Below are positions 1 to 9,212 of a stretch of DNA of 64,000 nucleotides, piece after piece (position 1 is the first letter of the stretch; the number at the start of each line of letters is the position of its first letter). Source of the stretch: Bacteroides sp. CAG:530 (lineage in GTDB: Bacteria > Bacteroidota > Bacteroidia > Bacteroidales > Bacteroidaceae). The notes beneath the pieces were generated by a model. The model did not search any database and had not been told where the DNA came from. It saw only the letters and a program-made list of their open reading frames with translations. Made by a program: the position numbers and the translations under genes. The stretch lies in assembly GCA_000434735.1 (NCBI GenBank), contig FR881281.1, positions 12,777-76,776 of the forward strand. Direction: 5' to 3'.

Positions 1-2301
1 ACCGAAACGGTTGAAGTTTGACGCATACAGACCACCGAAGTATCCCTGCATGGTAGAAAGGATAGAACTTGGACTTATGCCTGCCTTCTTACAAGCTGCA
101 GCATCGATATCGAGCTGATACTGCGGGAAGGTAGGGTTAAACGAAGTCTGTGCCGAGTTAATTTCGGGACGTGCTTTCAACTCATCCATATAATCTGTTA
201 CAACTTTACGGAAGTGCTCCAAGCTACCACCGGTTTTATCCTGCATGTTCAACTCGATATCGCTTGATGCCGAGTAACCCGGAATCATAGGAGGAGCAAA
301 GAACAATACCTGTGCGTCTTTGATGACTTTCTGCGCACGCATAAACAATGAAATGTACACCATATCGGCACTCTGCATTACAGAACGTTCTTCCCATGGT
401 TTCAGTTTGATGATGACTGAACCGTAACCCGGTCCCTGACCACCGATGAAGCTATATCCTGAGATGATAGTACGCGACTGTACAGCTGGGTCGGCAGCTA
501 CAAGGCTGTCTACACGAGCCAATATTTCTTCAGCACGTTCTTGTGATGTTCCAGGAGGCAATGTCACAGCACCCATGATAGTACCTGTATCTTCAGTAGG
601 CACCATTCCGGTAGGAGTTACTTTCATGAAGAATACCAACAGTACGATAGAGCCTGCTACCAAGCCGAACGATAACCATTTTTTATGGATAAAGAATACT
701 ACACGTTTCTTATATTTCTTCAAGACTGAATCGTAAGCAGCGTTAAATGAAGTGTGGAAACGATCTACCCACGACATTTTCTTCTCGCCACCGTGACCGT
801 CTGTAGAATGAGGTTTCAAGAACAAGGCACACAATGCAGGCGACAAAGTCAACGCGTTCAACGCAGAGAAACCGATTGAAATAGCCATGGTCAAACCGAA
901 CTGACGGTAGAATGTACCTGATGTACCACCCATGAAACTTACGGGGATAAACACAGACATCATGACGAGGGTAATAGAAACGATGGCACCACCCAATTCG
1001 CTCATGGCATCGATAGAAGCCTCACGAGCAGATTGGTATCCCTGGTCCAACTTGGCATGCACACCCTCGACGACCACAATAGCATCGTCCACCACAATCG
1101 CAATGGCAAGCACCATCGCCGAAAGAGTAAGCAAGTTAACGCTAAAGCCGATAAGCTTGAGGACGAAGAATGTACCAATCAACGCTACCGGGATGGCGAT
1201 AACCGGAATCAAAGTAGAGCGGAAGTCCTGCAAGAAGATGTATACCACCAATACCACAAGGATAAAGGCTTCGAGCAAGGTCTTGATAACCTCGTGGATA
1301 GAAGCGAACAAGAAGTCGTTGGCACTCTGCGCAATGTTTATATCCATTCCGGCCGGCAATGATTCTTTTGCCTTATCCAATACCTGTTCCAAGTTCTGAA
1401 TAGTCTCGGTAGCATTGGTACCTGCCATCTGGAATACGATAGAAGAAACCGCTTTATGTCCGTTTACCTTATTACTAAATGCGTAAGATACACGTCCCAA
1501 TTCCAAACGAGCGATATCGCCTAAACGAAGAATCTGTCCGTCGGGAAGCGCCTTAATAACGATATTCTCGAATTCTTTCTCTTCCTGCAAACGTCCTTTG
1601 TAACGCAGTGTGTACTGATAAGTCTGATGACCGCGCTCGCCCAACTGACCCGGAGCAGCCTCGATGTTCTGTTCTGCCAATGCAGCCGAAACATCCGAAG
1701 GAATAAGGTTATACTGAGCCATCACGTCGGGCTTCAACCAAACACGCATAGAGTAGTCACCACCCATCACCATGGCATCACCTACACCCTTTACACGCTT
1801 GATTTCAGGCACGATGTTGATGTTCATGTAGTTTTCGATGAACTGCGTACTATACTTATCTTCGGTATCCACCAAAGAGAAAATCAACAACATTGAGTTC
1901 TGACGCTTCTGGGTAGTCACACCGATACGAGTAACTTCGGCAGGCAGCAAACCTTGAGCCATAGACACACGGTTCTGAACGTTGACCGCAGCCATATCAG
2001 GGTCGGTACCCTGGTTAAAGTAAACACTGATGCTGGCAGAACCATTGTTTGATGCAGAAGACTGAATATACATCATGTTTTCTACACCGTTAATCTGGTC
2101 TTCCAACGGAGCGACAACCGAGTTCAATACGGTCTGCGCATTGGCACCAGTATAAGTTGCGCTTACAGAAACTGTAGGAGGCGCAATGTCCGGATACTGC
2201 GTGATAGGCAATGTAGCCAAACCAATCACACCCAAGATAACTATCAAGATAGAGATTACCGTTGATAGCACCGGACGGTTAATAAATTTATCTAGTTTCA
2301 T
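1..2301 (-). CDS. RND-family efflux permease (AcrB/MexB-like), partial: C-terminus lies beyond the window start
   Basis: Not in the ORF track because it is cut by the window edge. The reverse complement of 1..2301 is one continuous open frame starting with ATG at 2299-2301 (MKLDKFINRPVLSTVISILIVILGVIG...). It sits directly downstream of its adaptor gene, the classic adaptor-pump operon order. Confidence 0.85.
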   Translation of the reverse strand, partial: MKLDKFINRPVLSTVISILIVILGVIGLATLPITQYPDIAPPTVSVSATYTGANAQTVLNSVVAPLEDQINGVENMMYIQSSASNNGSASISVYFNQGTDPDMAAVNVQNRVSMAQGLLPAEVTRIGVTTQKRQNSMLLIFSLVDTEDKYSTQFIENYMNINIVPEIKRVKGVGDAMVMGGDYSMRVWLKPDVMAQYNLIPSDVSAALAEQNIEAAPGQLGERGHQTYQYTLRYKGRLQEEKEFENIVIKALPDGQILRLGDIARLELGRVSYAFSNKVNGHKAVSSIVFQMAGTNATETIQNLEQVLDKAKESLPAGMDINIAQSANDFLFASIHEVIKTLLEAFILVVLVVYIFLQDFRSTLIPVIAIPVALIGTFFVLKLIGFSVNLLTLSAMVLAIAIVVDDAIVVVEGVHAKLDQGYQSAREASIDAMSELGGAIVSITLVMMSVFIPVSFMGGTSGTFYRQFGLTMAISIGFSALNALTLSPALCALFLKPHSTDGHGGEKKMSWVDRFHTSFNAAYDSVLKKYKKRVVFFIHKKWLSFGLVAGSIVLLVFFMKVTPTGMVPTEDTGTIMGAVTLPPGTSQERAEEILARVDSLVAADPAVQSRTIISGYSFIGGQGPGYGSVIIKLKPWEERSVMQSADMVYISLFMRAQKVIKDAQVLFFAPPMIPGYSASSDIELNMQDKTGGSLEHFRKVVTDYMDELKARPEINSAQTSFNPTFPQYQLDIDAAACKKAGISPSSILSTMQGYFGGLYASNFNRFG

Positions 2302-2360
2302 TCTGTTTTATACCTTTATTATACTGTAATAATGAATGAGATATGCTTTTTACGCAAGGC

Positions 2361-3563
2361 TTAGAAAGCTGTCTTGAAGTTACCATCGTGCTGGTCTTTC
2401 AATGCCTGCTGATACTTGGCTTCTTTCTGAGCTGTAGTAATAGGCTCGATAGTCTGACCGTCTTTCAACTGCTGTACACCTTCTACTACAATCTTATCGC
2501 CCGACTTCAATCCGCCTGTTACCAAGTAAGTCTTACCGTCGTTCAGGTTAGATACGGTAATTTCTGTATGCTTAACTGTATTGTCAGACTGCAACACGAA
2601 GACGAATTTCTTGTCCTGAATTTCCTGAGTAGCCGACTGCGGGATAATGATAACATCGTTCAAAGTGTAAGGGAACATAATGTTAGCCATACCTCCACTG
2701 CGCAGAATGTTCTGCTTGTTAGGGAATACGGCACGCATGCTTACAGAACCTGTAGACTTATCGATTACACCACCTACAGCGTCAATCTTACCTTCTTCGC
2801 CGTAGATAGAGCCATCGGCCAACTGCAACTTAACCGCCGGCATCTTAGCCAACTGTTCTTTAATAGTGCCACCTGCCTTAGTCAAGGCCAACAACTGCTT
2901 TTCTGTCATTGAAAAGTATACATACATATCGCCAATCTGAGATACTGTAGTAAGAGCAGCACCCGAAGGACCTACCAACGCACCGATACGAGAAGGAATC
3001 ATACCGATAACACCGTCAGAAGGACTTGTTACAGTACAGAATCCCAAGTTCTGCTTAGCGGCAGCGTATGCAGCCTTTGCCTGAGCCAAACCAGCCTGAG
3101 CAGTCAAACGATTGTTAATAGCGGTTTGATATTCAAAATCGCTGATAATCTGCTGATCATGCAACATCTTCTTGTTCTGTTCTGTTTCGGTTATAGTACG
3201 AAGACTAGCCTCAGCCGACTTAACAGCCGCAGAAGCTTGGTCGAACGCAGCTTTATATTGTGTAGGGTCTATCTGAAAAAGAGCCTGTCCTTTACGTACG
3301 GTAGCACCTTCGTCTACACAAAGCTTCACGATGAAGCCAGATACCTGAGGACGGATTTCAATATCCTGCTTACCCTGAATAGTAGCTGGATATTGCTCTG
3401 TCTGAGAGCTGGATGTTACACTTACCGCTTCTACAGCGAATTGGTCATCACCCATTTTTCTACCGCCTTGGCCACCGCCACAAGCAGTCAGTACCGACAA
3501 GCCCAAAACCATCAGGGCAACTCGGTGAGAAGTAAATCTTCTGTTTTTGTAGTTCATATTCAT
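2361..3563 (-). CDS. RND efflux periplasmic adaptor subunit (membrane fusion protein, HlyD/AcrA family)
   Basis: 400-aa ORF with an N-terminal lipoprotein-like signal (LSVLTACGGG). It has long Ala/Gln-rich coiled-coil segments and a beta-barrel/lipoyl-like C-terminus typical of MFPs. It lies upstream of the RND permease. Confidence 0.85.
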   Translation of the reverse strand: MNMNYKNRRFTSHRVALMVLGLSVLTACGGGQGGRKMGDDQFAVEAVSVTSSSQTEQYPATIQGKQDIEIRPQVSGFIVKLCVDEGATVRKGQALFQIDPTQYKAAFDQASAAVKSAEASLRTITETEQNKKMLHDQQIISDFEYQTAINNRLTAQAGLAQAKAAYAAAKQNLGFCTVTSPSDGVIGMIPSRIGALVGPSGAALTTVSQIGDMYVYFSMTEKQLLALTKAGGTIKEQLAKMPAVKLQLADGSIYGEEGKIDAVGGVIDKSTGSVSMRAVFPNKQNILRSGGMANIMFPYTLNDVIIIPQSATQEIQDKKFVFVLQSDNTVKHTEITVSNLNDGKTYLVTGGLKSGDKIVVEGVQQLKDGQTIEPITTAQKEAKYQQALKDQHDGNFKTAF

Positions 3564-3890
3564 ATTCAGATAATTAATGTTTCCTTTTTCTCCTTAAAAA
3601 CAGCTGGAATCTATCGGTATTACTAATACCTACATTGAAAACTTTTCGATACCGCTCAGTTTTTAACGGTGCAAAGATAAGTATTTTCAATACTCTTACA
3701 CAACTGTTTAACTAACAATAACCATAAAAAAACGGGGTGTTATTACACATAGGCAAAATAATCTGATGAATAGACATTTTTTATCGACCAATTCTTACGG
3801 CTCTTTATTATAATCTTATTTAGAACAACGCATTGCAAAAGCCGACAATCCGCGAAAGAAAAATCGGCTTATTAAAAGAAAAACTCTATC

Positions 3891-3970
3891 CCTAGCCTAA
3901 GTATATATATTCTTAAGCTAAGTTTATATATACCTAGGCTAAGTTTATATATCTTTAGGCTAAAGATAGA
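3891..3970. repeat. ~3.5 tandem copies of a 22-bp unit (consensus YTAGGCTAAGTTTATATAT + 2-3 nt), locus A
   Basis: Direct reading gives cctagcctaagtatatatattc / ttaagctaagtttatatatacc / taggctaagtttatatatctt / taggctaaagataga. It lies in the 640-bp divergent intergenic region between the RND adaptor and maeB. It is homologous to the array at 42200..42292. Confidence 0.7.
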
Positions 3971-4082
3971 GAATTGAATAAGAGAAAACAGGTTTTCATT
4001 CGCAAAAGAGAGAAGTTTCAATCCTGACATTCTAAAGTTGCCATAGCCGTACATTTTGGTTATATTACATATTTTTATACGA

Positions 4083-4090
4083 TACTTTTG
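4083..4090 (+). promoter_or_regulatory. candidate Bacteroides-type -7 promoter element (TAnnTTTG) for maeB
   Basis: tacttttg matches the Bacteroidetes sigma-AB -7 consensus TAnnTTTG, ~113 nt upstream of the maeB ATG. A TTTG (-33-like) lies ~25 bp upstream. Confidence 0.3.
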
Positions 4091-4202
4091 TAACATTTAT
4101 CTTTTTTTGGGAGCTAAAATGCTACTATTTATTATTTTATTCCTACTTTTGCGATTCACATTACGATACAATACAAAGAAAACTTTAAACTTATTTATAA
4201 TT

Positions 4203-6485
4203 ATGGCAAAAATAACCAAAGAAGCTGCACTGCTTTATCACTCGCAAGGCAGACCAGGAAAAATTGAGGTAATACCAACCAAACCTTACCAAACACAGAG
4301 AGACTTGTCGCTGGCTTACTCGCCAGGTGTAGCCGAGCCATGTCTGGAAATCCAGAAAGACCCGGAAACCGCTTACGACTATACCGATAAAGGTAACTTG
4401 GTAGCTGTTATTTCTAACGGCACCGCAGTATTGGGCTTAGGAGATATAGGCGCATTGAGCGGAAAGCCTGTAATGGAAGGTAAAGGACTGCTTTTTAAAA
4501 TATATGCCGGAATTGATGTATTCGACATAGAAGTAAACGAAAAAGACCCGGATAAATTCATCGAAGCCGTAAAAGCCATCGCTCCTACCTTCGGTGGTAT
4601 CAATCTGGAAGATATAAAGGCTCCTGAGTGCTTCAAGATAGAACAGCGTCTGAAAGAAGAACTCGACATTCCGGTTATGCACGATGACCAGCACGGTACT
4701 GCCATCATCTCAAGCGCCGGACTGCTGAACGCCCTCGAAGTAGCGGGAAAGAAGATAGAAGATGTACACATAGTAGTAAACGGAGCCGGAGCTTCGGCTA
4801 CATCGTGCACTAAATTGTACATAGCCTTAGGTGCACGCAAAGAGAATATCTTGATGCTAGACAGTAAAGGTGTAATCACTTCCGACCGTGAAAACCTGAC
4901 TGAAAGCAAGAAGTTCTTCGCTACCGACCGCCGCGACGTACATACACTTGAAGAAGCTATCAAGGGCGCTGACGTATTCTTGGGTCTTTCTAAGGGTAAC
5001 GTACTTACACAGGATATGATACGTAGCATGGCAAGCCATCCTATCGTATTCGCACTGGCCAACCCTACCCCAGAAATATCTTACGAAGACGCTATGGCTT
5101 CACGCCCAGACGTATTGATGTCTACCGGACGTTCGGATTATCCTAACCAGATTAATAATGTAATCGGATTCCCATATATATTCCGTGGTGCACTAGATAC
5201 CCGCGCTACCGCCATCAATGAAGAGATGAAACTGGCAGCCGTACACGCCATCGCAGCATTGGCAAAGAAGCCCGTGCCCGATGTAGTGAACAACGCTTAT
5301 CATGTGAACAACTTTACATTCGGTCCATCTTATTTCATCCCGAAACCAGTAGACCCACGTCTTATTACCGAAGTTTCTATGGCTGTGGCTAAAGCGGCTA
5401 TGGAATCGGGTGTAGCACGTAAACAAATTACCGACTGGTCGGCTTACGAACACCAGTTGCGCGAGTTGATGGGACAAGAAAACAAACTTACCCGCCAACT
5501 TTACGCTATGGCTCGCCGCGATCCGCAACGTGTAGTATTTGCCGAAGGTATTCACCCCAATATGCTGAAGGCTGCCGTAGAAGCAAAAGCTGAAGGTCTG
5601 TGCAAACCTATCCTTCTTGGCAACGAAGAGCGTATCGAGAAATTGGCTAAAGAACTCGACTTGAGCTTGGAAGGTATAGAAATAGTAAACTTACGCCACG
5701 ACCGTGAAGCAGAACGTCGTGAACGCTATGCTCGTATTCTCTGCGAAAAACGTGCTCGCGAAGGTGCCAACTATCAGGAAGCGAACGATAAGATGTTCGA
5801 GCGCAACTACTTCGGTATGATGATGGTAGAAACAGGAGACGCTGATGCATTTGTAACAGGACTTTACACCAAGTACTCTAACACTATCAAGGTAGCGAAA
5901 GAAGTTATCGGCATCCAGCCGGGATACAAGCACTTCGGAACAATGCATATCCTGAACTCTAAGAAAGGTACTTACTTCATTTCGGATACATTGATTAACC
6001 GTCACCCCGATACCGATACGCTGATAGACATAGCTAAACTTACAGATAAGGCTGTACGCTTCTTCAATCAGGAGCCGGTTATGGCTATGTTGTCGTACTC
6101 TAACTTCGGTTCAGACACAGAAGGAAGCCCTGCCAAGGTACACGAGGCCGTAGCCTATATGCAACAGGAATATCCTGAATTGGCTATCGACGGCGAAATG
6201 CAAGTTAAGTTTGCGCTGAACAACGCTTTACGCGACGAGAAATATCCGTTTACCCGCCTCAAAGGAAAAGAAGTGAATACGCTGATATTCCCTAACCTTA
6301 GCTCGGCCAACTCAACATACCAACTCATCCAGAGCATGAGCGACGCCGAAGTATTAGGTCCTATCCAAATGGGTCTTAACAAACCTATTCACTTTACCGA
6401 CATCGAAAGCTCGGTTCGAGATATCGTGAATATCACTGCTATCGCTTGCATCGATGCTATCGTTGCCAAGAAATTAAACAAATAA
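4203..6485 (+). CDS. maeB: NADP-dependent malic enzyme (malic enzyme domain fused to a phosphotransacetylase-like C-terminal domain)
   Basis: The ORF 4056..6485 has an implausible hydrophobic leader. The in-frame ATG at 4203 (MAKITKEAALLYHSQGRPGKIEV...) matches the MaeB N-terminus. It has malic enzyme motifs (VISNGTAVLGLGDIG, NGAGASA) and a long C-terminal PTA-like domain. Confidence 0.9.
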   Translation: MAKITKEAALLYHSQGRPGKIEVIPTKPYQTQRDLSLAYSPGVAEPCLEIQKDPETAYDYTDKGNLVAVISNGTAVLGLGDIGALSGKPVMEGKGLLFKIYAGIDVFDIEVNEKDPDKFIEAVKAIAPTFGGINLEDIKAPECFKIEQRLKEELDIPVMHDDQHGTAIISSAGLLNALEVAGKKIEDVHIVVNGAGASATSCTKLYIALGARKENILMLDSKGVITSDRENLTESKKFFATDRRDVHTLEEAIKGADVFLGLSKGNVLTQDMIRSMASHPIVFALANPTPEISYEDAMASRPDVLMSTGRSDYPNQINNVIGFPYIFRGALDTRATAINEEMKLAAVHAIAALAKKPVPDVVNNAYHVNNFTFGPSYFIPKPVDPRLITEVSMAVAKAAMESGVARKQITDWSAYEHQLRELMGQENKLTRQLYAMARRDPQRVVFAEGIHPNMLKAAVEAKAEGLCKPILLGNEERIEKLAKELDLSLEGIEIVNLRHDREAERRERYARILCEKRAREGANYQEANDKMFERNYFGMMMVETGDADAFVTGLYTKYSNTIKVAKEVIGIQPGYKHFGTMHILNSKKGTYFISDTLINRHPDTDTLIDIAKLTDKAVRFFNQEPVMAMLSYSNFGSDTEGSPAKVHEAVAYMQQEYPELAIDGEMQVKFALNNALRDEKYPFTRLKGKEVNTLIFPNLSSANSTYQLIQSMSDAEVLGPIQMGLNKPIHFTDIESSVRDIVNITAIACIDAIVAKKLNK

Positions 6486-6496
6486 GAATATAACCT

Positions 6497-6541
6497 ACGT
6501 GCAAGGGTACTATATATAATGTGTCCTTGCACGTTTTTTTA
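6497..6541 (+). terminator. rho-independent terminator downstream of maeB
   Basis: Stem acgtgcaagg (6497-6506) pairs with ccttgcacgt (6525-6534), followed by a T7 run. Confidence 0.65.
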
Positions 6542-6811
6542 TTTTACTATGCGAAAACCACTAAATCAAACACAATGTATTTTATTAGCCCTCTGCTGGG
6601 CAGCACTTTGTTTCTATGTCATAGCAGCAAGTCCGCATATTGACGGCATGCTTATTCTTTCTCTCATAATATCTGGGGCATTGGTATTCATCCCTATAGT
6701 AAAAGCCATTAAAAACAAACAAAAGTAAAGCCAAATCGAATAAAAATTACTTTTTTGACATTCTTTGTACACTTTTCATACACTACTGTTGCATAAACCA
6801 AAATTAATATA

Positions 6812-6819
6812 TACTTTTG
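6812..6819 (+). promoter_or_regulatory. candidate -7 promoter element (TAnnTTTG) for gdhA
   Basis: tacttttg lies ~67 nt upstream of the gdhA ATG. A TTTG lies at ~6755. Confidence 0.3.
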
Positions 6820-6885
6820 TCACCGAATCAAAAGAAATAGTTCTCATTTAGATTATTTCATAACCAATAACTAAACAATATTAAT

Positions 6886-8220
6886 ATGAATGCAGCTAAA
6901 GTATTGGAAGATCTGAAAAGAAGATTTCCTAATGAGCCTGAATATCATCAGGCAGTAGAAGAGGTATTAGGTACTATCGAGGAAGAATACAACAAGCACC
7001 CAGAATTCGACAAGGCAAACCTTATCGAACGCCTGTGCATTCCAGATAGAGTTTACCAGTTCCGTGTGACATGGATGGACGACAAAGGTAACATCCAGAC
7101 TAATATGGGTTATCGTGTACAGCACAACAACGCCATTGGCCCGTACAAAGGCGGTATCCGTTTCCACAGCTCTGTAAACTTGGGAATCTTGAAATTCCTT
7201 GCTTTTGAGCAGACATTCAAAAACTCTCTTACCACACTCCCTATGGGTGGCGGTAAAGGTGGATCAGATTTCTCACCGCGTGGCAAATCTAACGCTGAGG
7301 TAATGCGTTTCTGCCAAGCATTCATGCTAGAATTATGGCGTCATATCGGCCCTGAAACAGATGTTCCTGCAGGTGACATAGGTGTAGGCGGACGTGAAGT
7401 AGGCTATATGTTCGGTATGTATAAGAAATTGTCTCATGAATTCTCGGGCGTATTGACAGGAAAAGGCCGTGAGTTCGGTGGTTCATTGATTCGTCCTGAA
7501 GCAACCGGTTACGGAAATATCTATTTCTTGCAGGAAATGCTTAAGACACGCAATATCAGCATCGAAGGAAAGACTTGCTTGGTTTCTGGTTCTGGTAACG
7601 TAGCACAATATACTGTAGAAAAATTGATTCAGCTCGGCGCAAAGGTTGTTACCATGTCAGACTCTGACGGCTACATCTACGATCCGGACGGTATCGACCG
7701 CGAAAAGCTCGACTATATCATGGAACTGAAGAACTTGTACCGTGGACGTATCCGCGAATATGCAGAAAAATACGGATGCAAGTATGTAGCAGGTGCTCGC
7801 CCATGGAACGAAAAGGCAGACATCGCACTTCCGTCGGCTACTCAGAACGAAATCAACGGTGACGACGCTAAGGCTTTGGTAGCAAACGGTGTATTCGCTG
7901 TATCGGAAGGTGCAAACATGCCTTCTACTCCTGAAGCTATCCGCACATTCCAGGAAGCTAAGATTCTGTATGCTCCGGGTAAAGCCGCTAACGCCGGTGG
8001 TGTATCGGTATCTGGTTTGGAAATGACTCAGAACTCTATCAAACTGAGCTGGAGCGCAGAAGAAGTTGACGAAAAACTGAAAAGCATCATGAAGAATATC
8101 CACGCCGCTTGTGTACAGTACGGTACTGAAGCCGACGGATATATCAACTATGTGAAGGGTGCTAACGTAGCCGGATTCATGAAGGTTGCAAAAGCAATGA
8201 TGGCTCAGGGCATCGTTTAA
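6886..8220 (+). CDS. gdhA: NAD(P)-specific glutamate dehydrogenase
   Basis: 444 aa with the hallmark GDH motifs (GGGKGGSDFSPRGKS, GVGGREVGYMFG, SGSGNVAQY). Confidence 0.95.
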   Translation: MNAAKVLEDLKRRFPNEPEYHQAVEEVLGTIEEEYNKHPEFDKANLIERLCIPDRVYQFRVTWMDDKGNIQTNMGYRVQHNNAIGPYKGGIRFHSSVNLGILKFLAFEQTFKNSLTTLPMGGGKGGSDFSPRGKSNAEVMRFCQAFMLELWRHIGPETDVPAGDIGVGGREVGYMFGMYKKLSHEFSGVLTGKGREFGGSLIRPEATGYGNIYFLQEMLKTRNISIEGKTCLVSGSGNVAQYTVEKLIQLGAKVVTMSDSDGYIYDPDGIDREKLDYIMELKNLYRGRIREYAEKYGCKYVAGARPWNEKADIALPSATQNEINGDDAKALVANGVFAVSEGANMPSTPEAIRTFQEAKILYAPGKAANAGGVSVSGLEMTQNSIKLSWSAEEVDEKLKSIMKNIHAACVQYGTEADGYINYVKGANVAGFMKVAKAMMAQGIV

Positions 8221-8248
8221 TCAGACAAAACACACTCATCAATTATAA

Positions 8249-8299
8249 GGGCCGCATCTATAGTGTGATAATCACACCTAGATGTAGCCCTTTCTTTTG
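8249..8299. terminator. imperfect long hairpin + T-tract between convergent gdhA and the lipoprotein gene
   Basis: gggccgcatctatagtgtgat pairs with atcacacctagatgtagccc (bulged), then tttcttttg. Confidence 0.5.
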
Positions 8300-8318
8300 T
8301 AAGACAGAATAATTTTTC

Positions 8319-9068
8319 TTATTTCAGTTCTACACTGTGCAACAGAGCCTGATCGGCTTGTAGTTTTCCGGCATTGGTTTCTTTGCGAGTGCAATAGTCG
8401 AACTCAGCAGACTTTTCTCCGCTGAACGAATTCCATTTCAAAGTCAGTTTTACGGTCTTACCTTCTGTATCGGGAAGACTCTTCAAACCGAAAGCCACTA
8501 ACGCATCGGCTGTACGCCCTGTAGTCTCGCCGTATGCATTATGACATAATCTTACTTCGTATGGATTATCCTTATTAACACCGGTAAGAAGATTTATCCA
8601 ATGAGCCTTGCCGCCAGCCCATACAGTACGGAAGCGAAGTGTAAGATAACCGTCTTCGGCTATAGTAACCCAGTCTTTAACAATCTCTACCGGATCTGAG
8701 CCGTATTGCGCTACGTCCATACCTTCTGCCCATTCTATCGCAGGCTTGGTAAGGATGCTGTCTATCCAGTTTACATATACCGCTTTATCGTACTTGGCGC
8801 TATTGCCGCCAGTCGCTACACAGTTTACCAACGCACGTACTTCTTTATCTCCGAACGGTGACTGCTTCATGTTGGTAGGGAACAAAGTTGTTTTATCGTC
8901 CAACTGCAGATATACCGTCTTGTCGGCTTCAGTCTTTACCGTTACCAACGCGTTAGGGCCATAACCTGGAAATACTACATACTTGTCGTCATCGTCTGAA
9001 CAAGATTGCATAGCAGTAGCTGTAATCAGCGCTGCTACACCCATTAAAATAGTTTTCATCGCATTCAT
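8319..9068 (-). CDS. small secreted lipoprotein, possibly NigD-like
   Basis: 249 aa with an N-terminal signal + lipobox (TAMQSC) followed by an acidic DDDD linker. The family call rests only on the size/architecture typical of Bacteroides NigD-like lipoproteins. Confidence 0.55.
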   Translation of the reverse strand: MNAMKTILMGVAALITATAMQSCSDDDDKYVVFPGYGPNALVTVKTEADKTVYLQLDDKTTLFPTNMKQSPFGDKEVRALVNCVATGGNSAKYDKAVYVNWIDSILTKPAIEWAEGMDVAQYGSDPVEIVKDWVTIAEDGYLTLRFRTVWAGGKAHWINLLTGVNKDNPYEVRLCHNAYGETTGRTADALVAFGLKSLPDTEGKTVKLTLKWNSFSGEKSAEFDYCTRKETNAGKLQADQALLHSVELK

Positions 9069-9212
9069 AGTTTTGCCTTTTTGTTTGTTCTTAATCTTAA
9101 TACATCTATTAAATGCGGAAACATGCTTTTTAATGCATCGCTATAGCTATAAAGAATGTTAAAGCGAAAATCAGCTACATCCATAACAAGGGAAACAGTG
9201 GACTATATAAAA

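Noticed and set aside
446-1896. Plus-strand ORFs 446..736, 932..1399, 1033..1362 and 1627..1896
   Set aside because: All lie antisense within the long, uninterrupted RND permease reading frame on the minus strand. They have low-complexity composition and no recognisable domains.
3891-3970. Tandem 22-bp repeats considered as a CRISPR array (also at 42200..42292)
   Set aside because: Only 3-4 contiguous units with no unique spacers and a 22-bp period. No cas genes or leader are present. The two loci are homologous to each other.
4379-6382. Several minus-strand ORFs (4379..5062, 5193..5555, 5691..6005, 6155..6382) inside maeB
   Set aside because: Antisense to a highly conserved malic enzyme gene; typical shadow ORFs.
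6519-6728. 69-aa plus-strand ORF after maeB
   Set aside because: Its ATG sits in the loop of the maeB terminator hairpin. It has hydrophobic low-complexity sequence and no support; probably non-coding.
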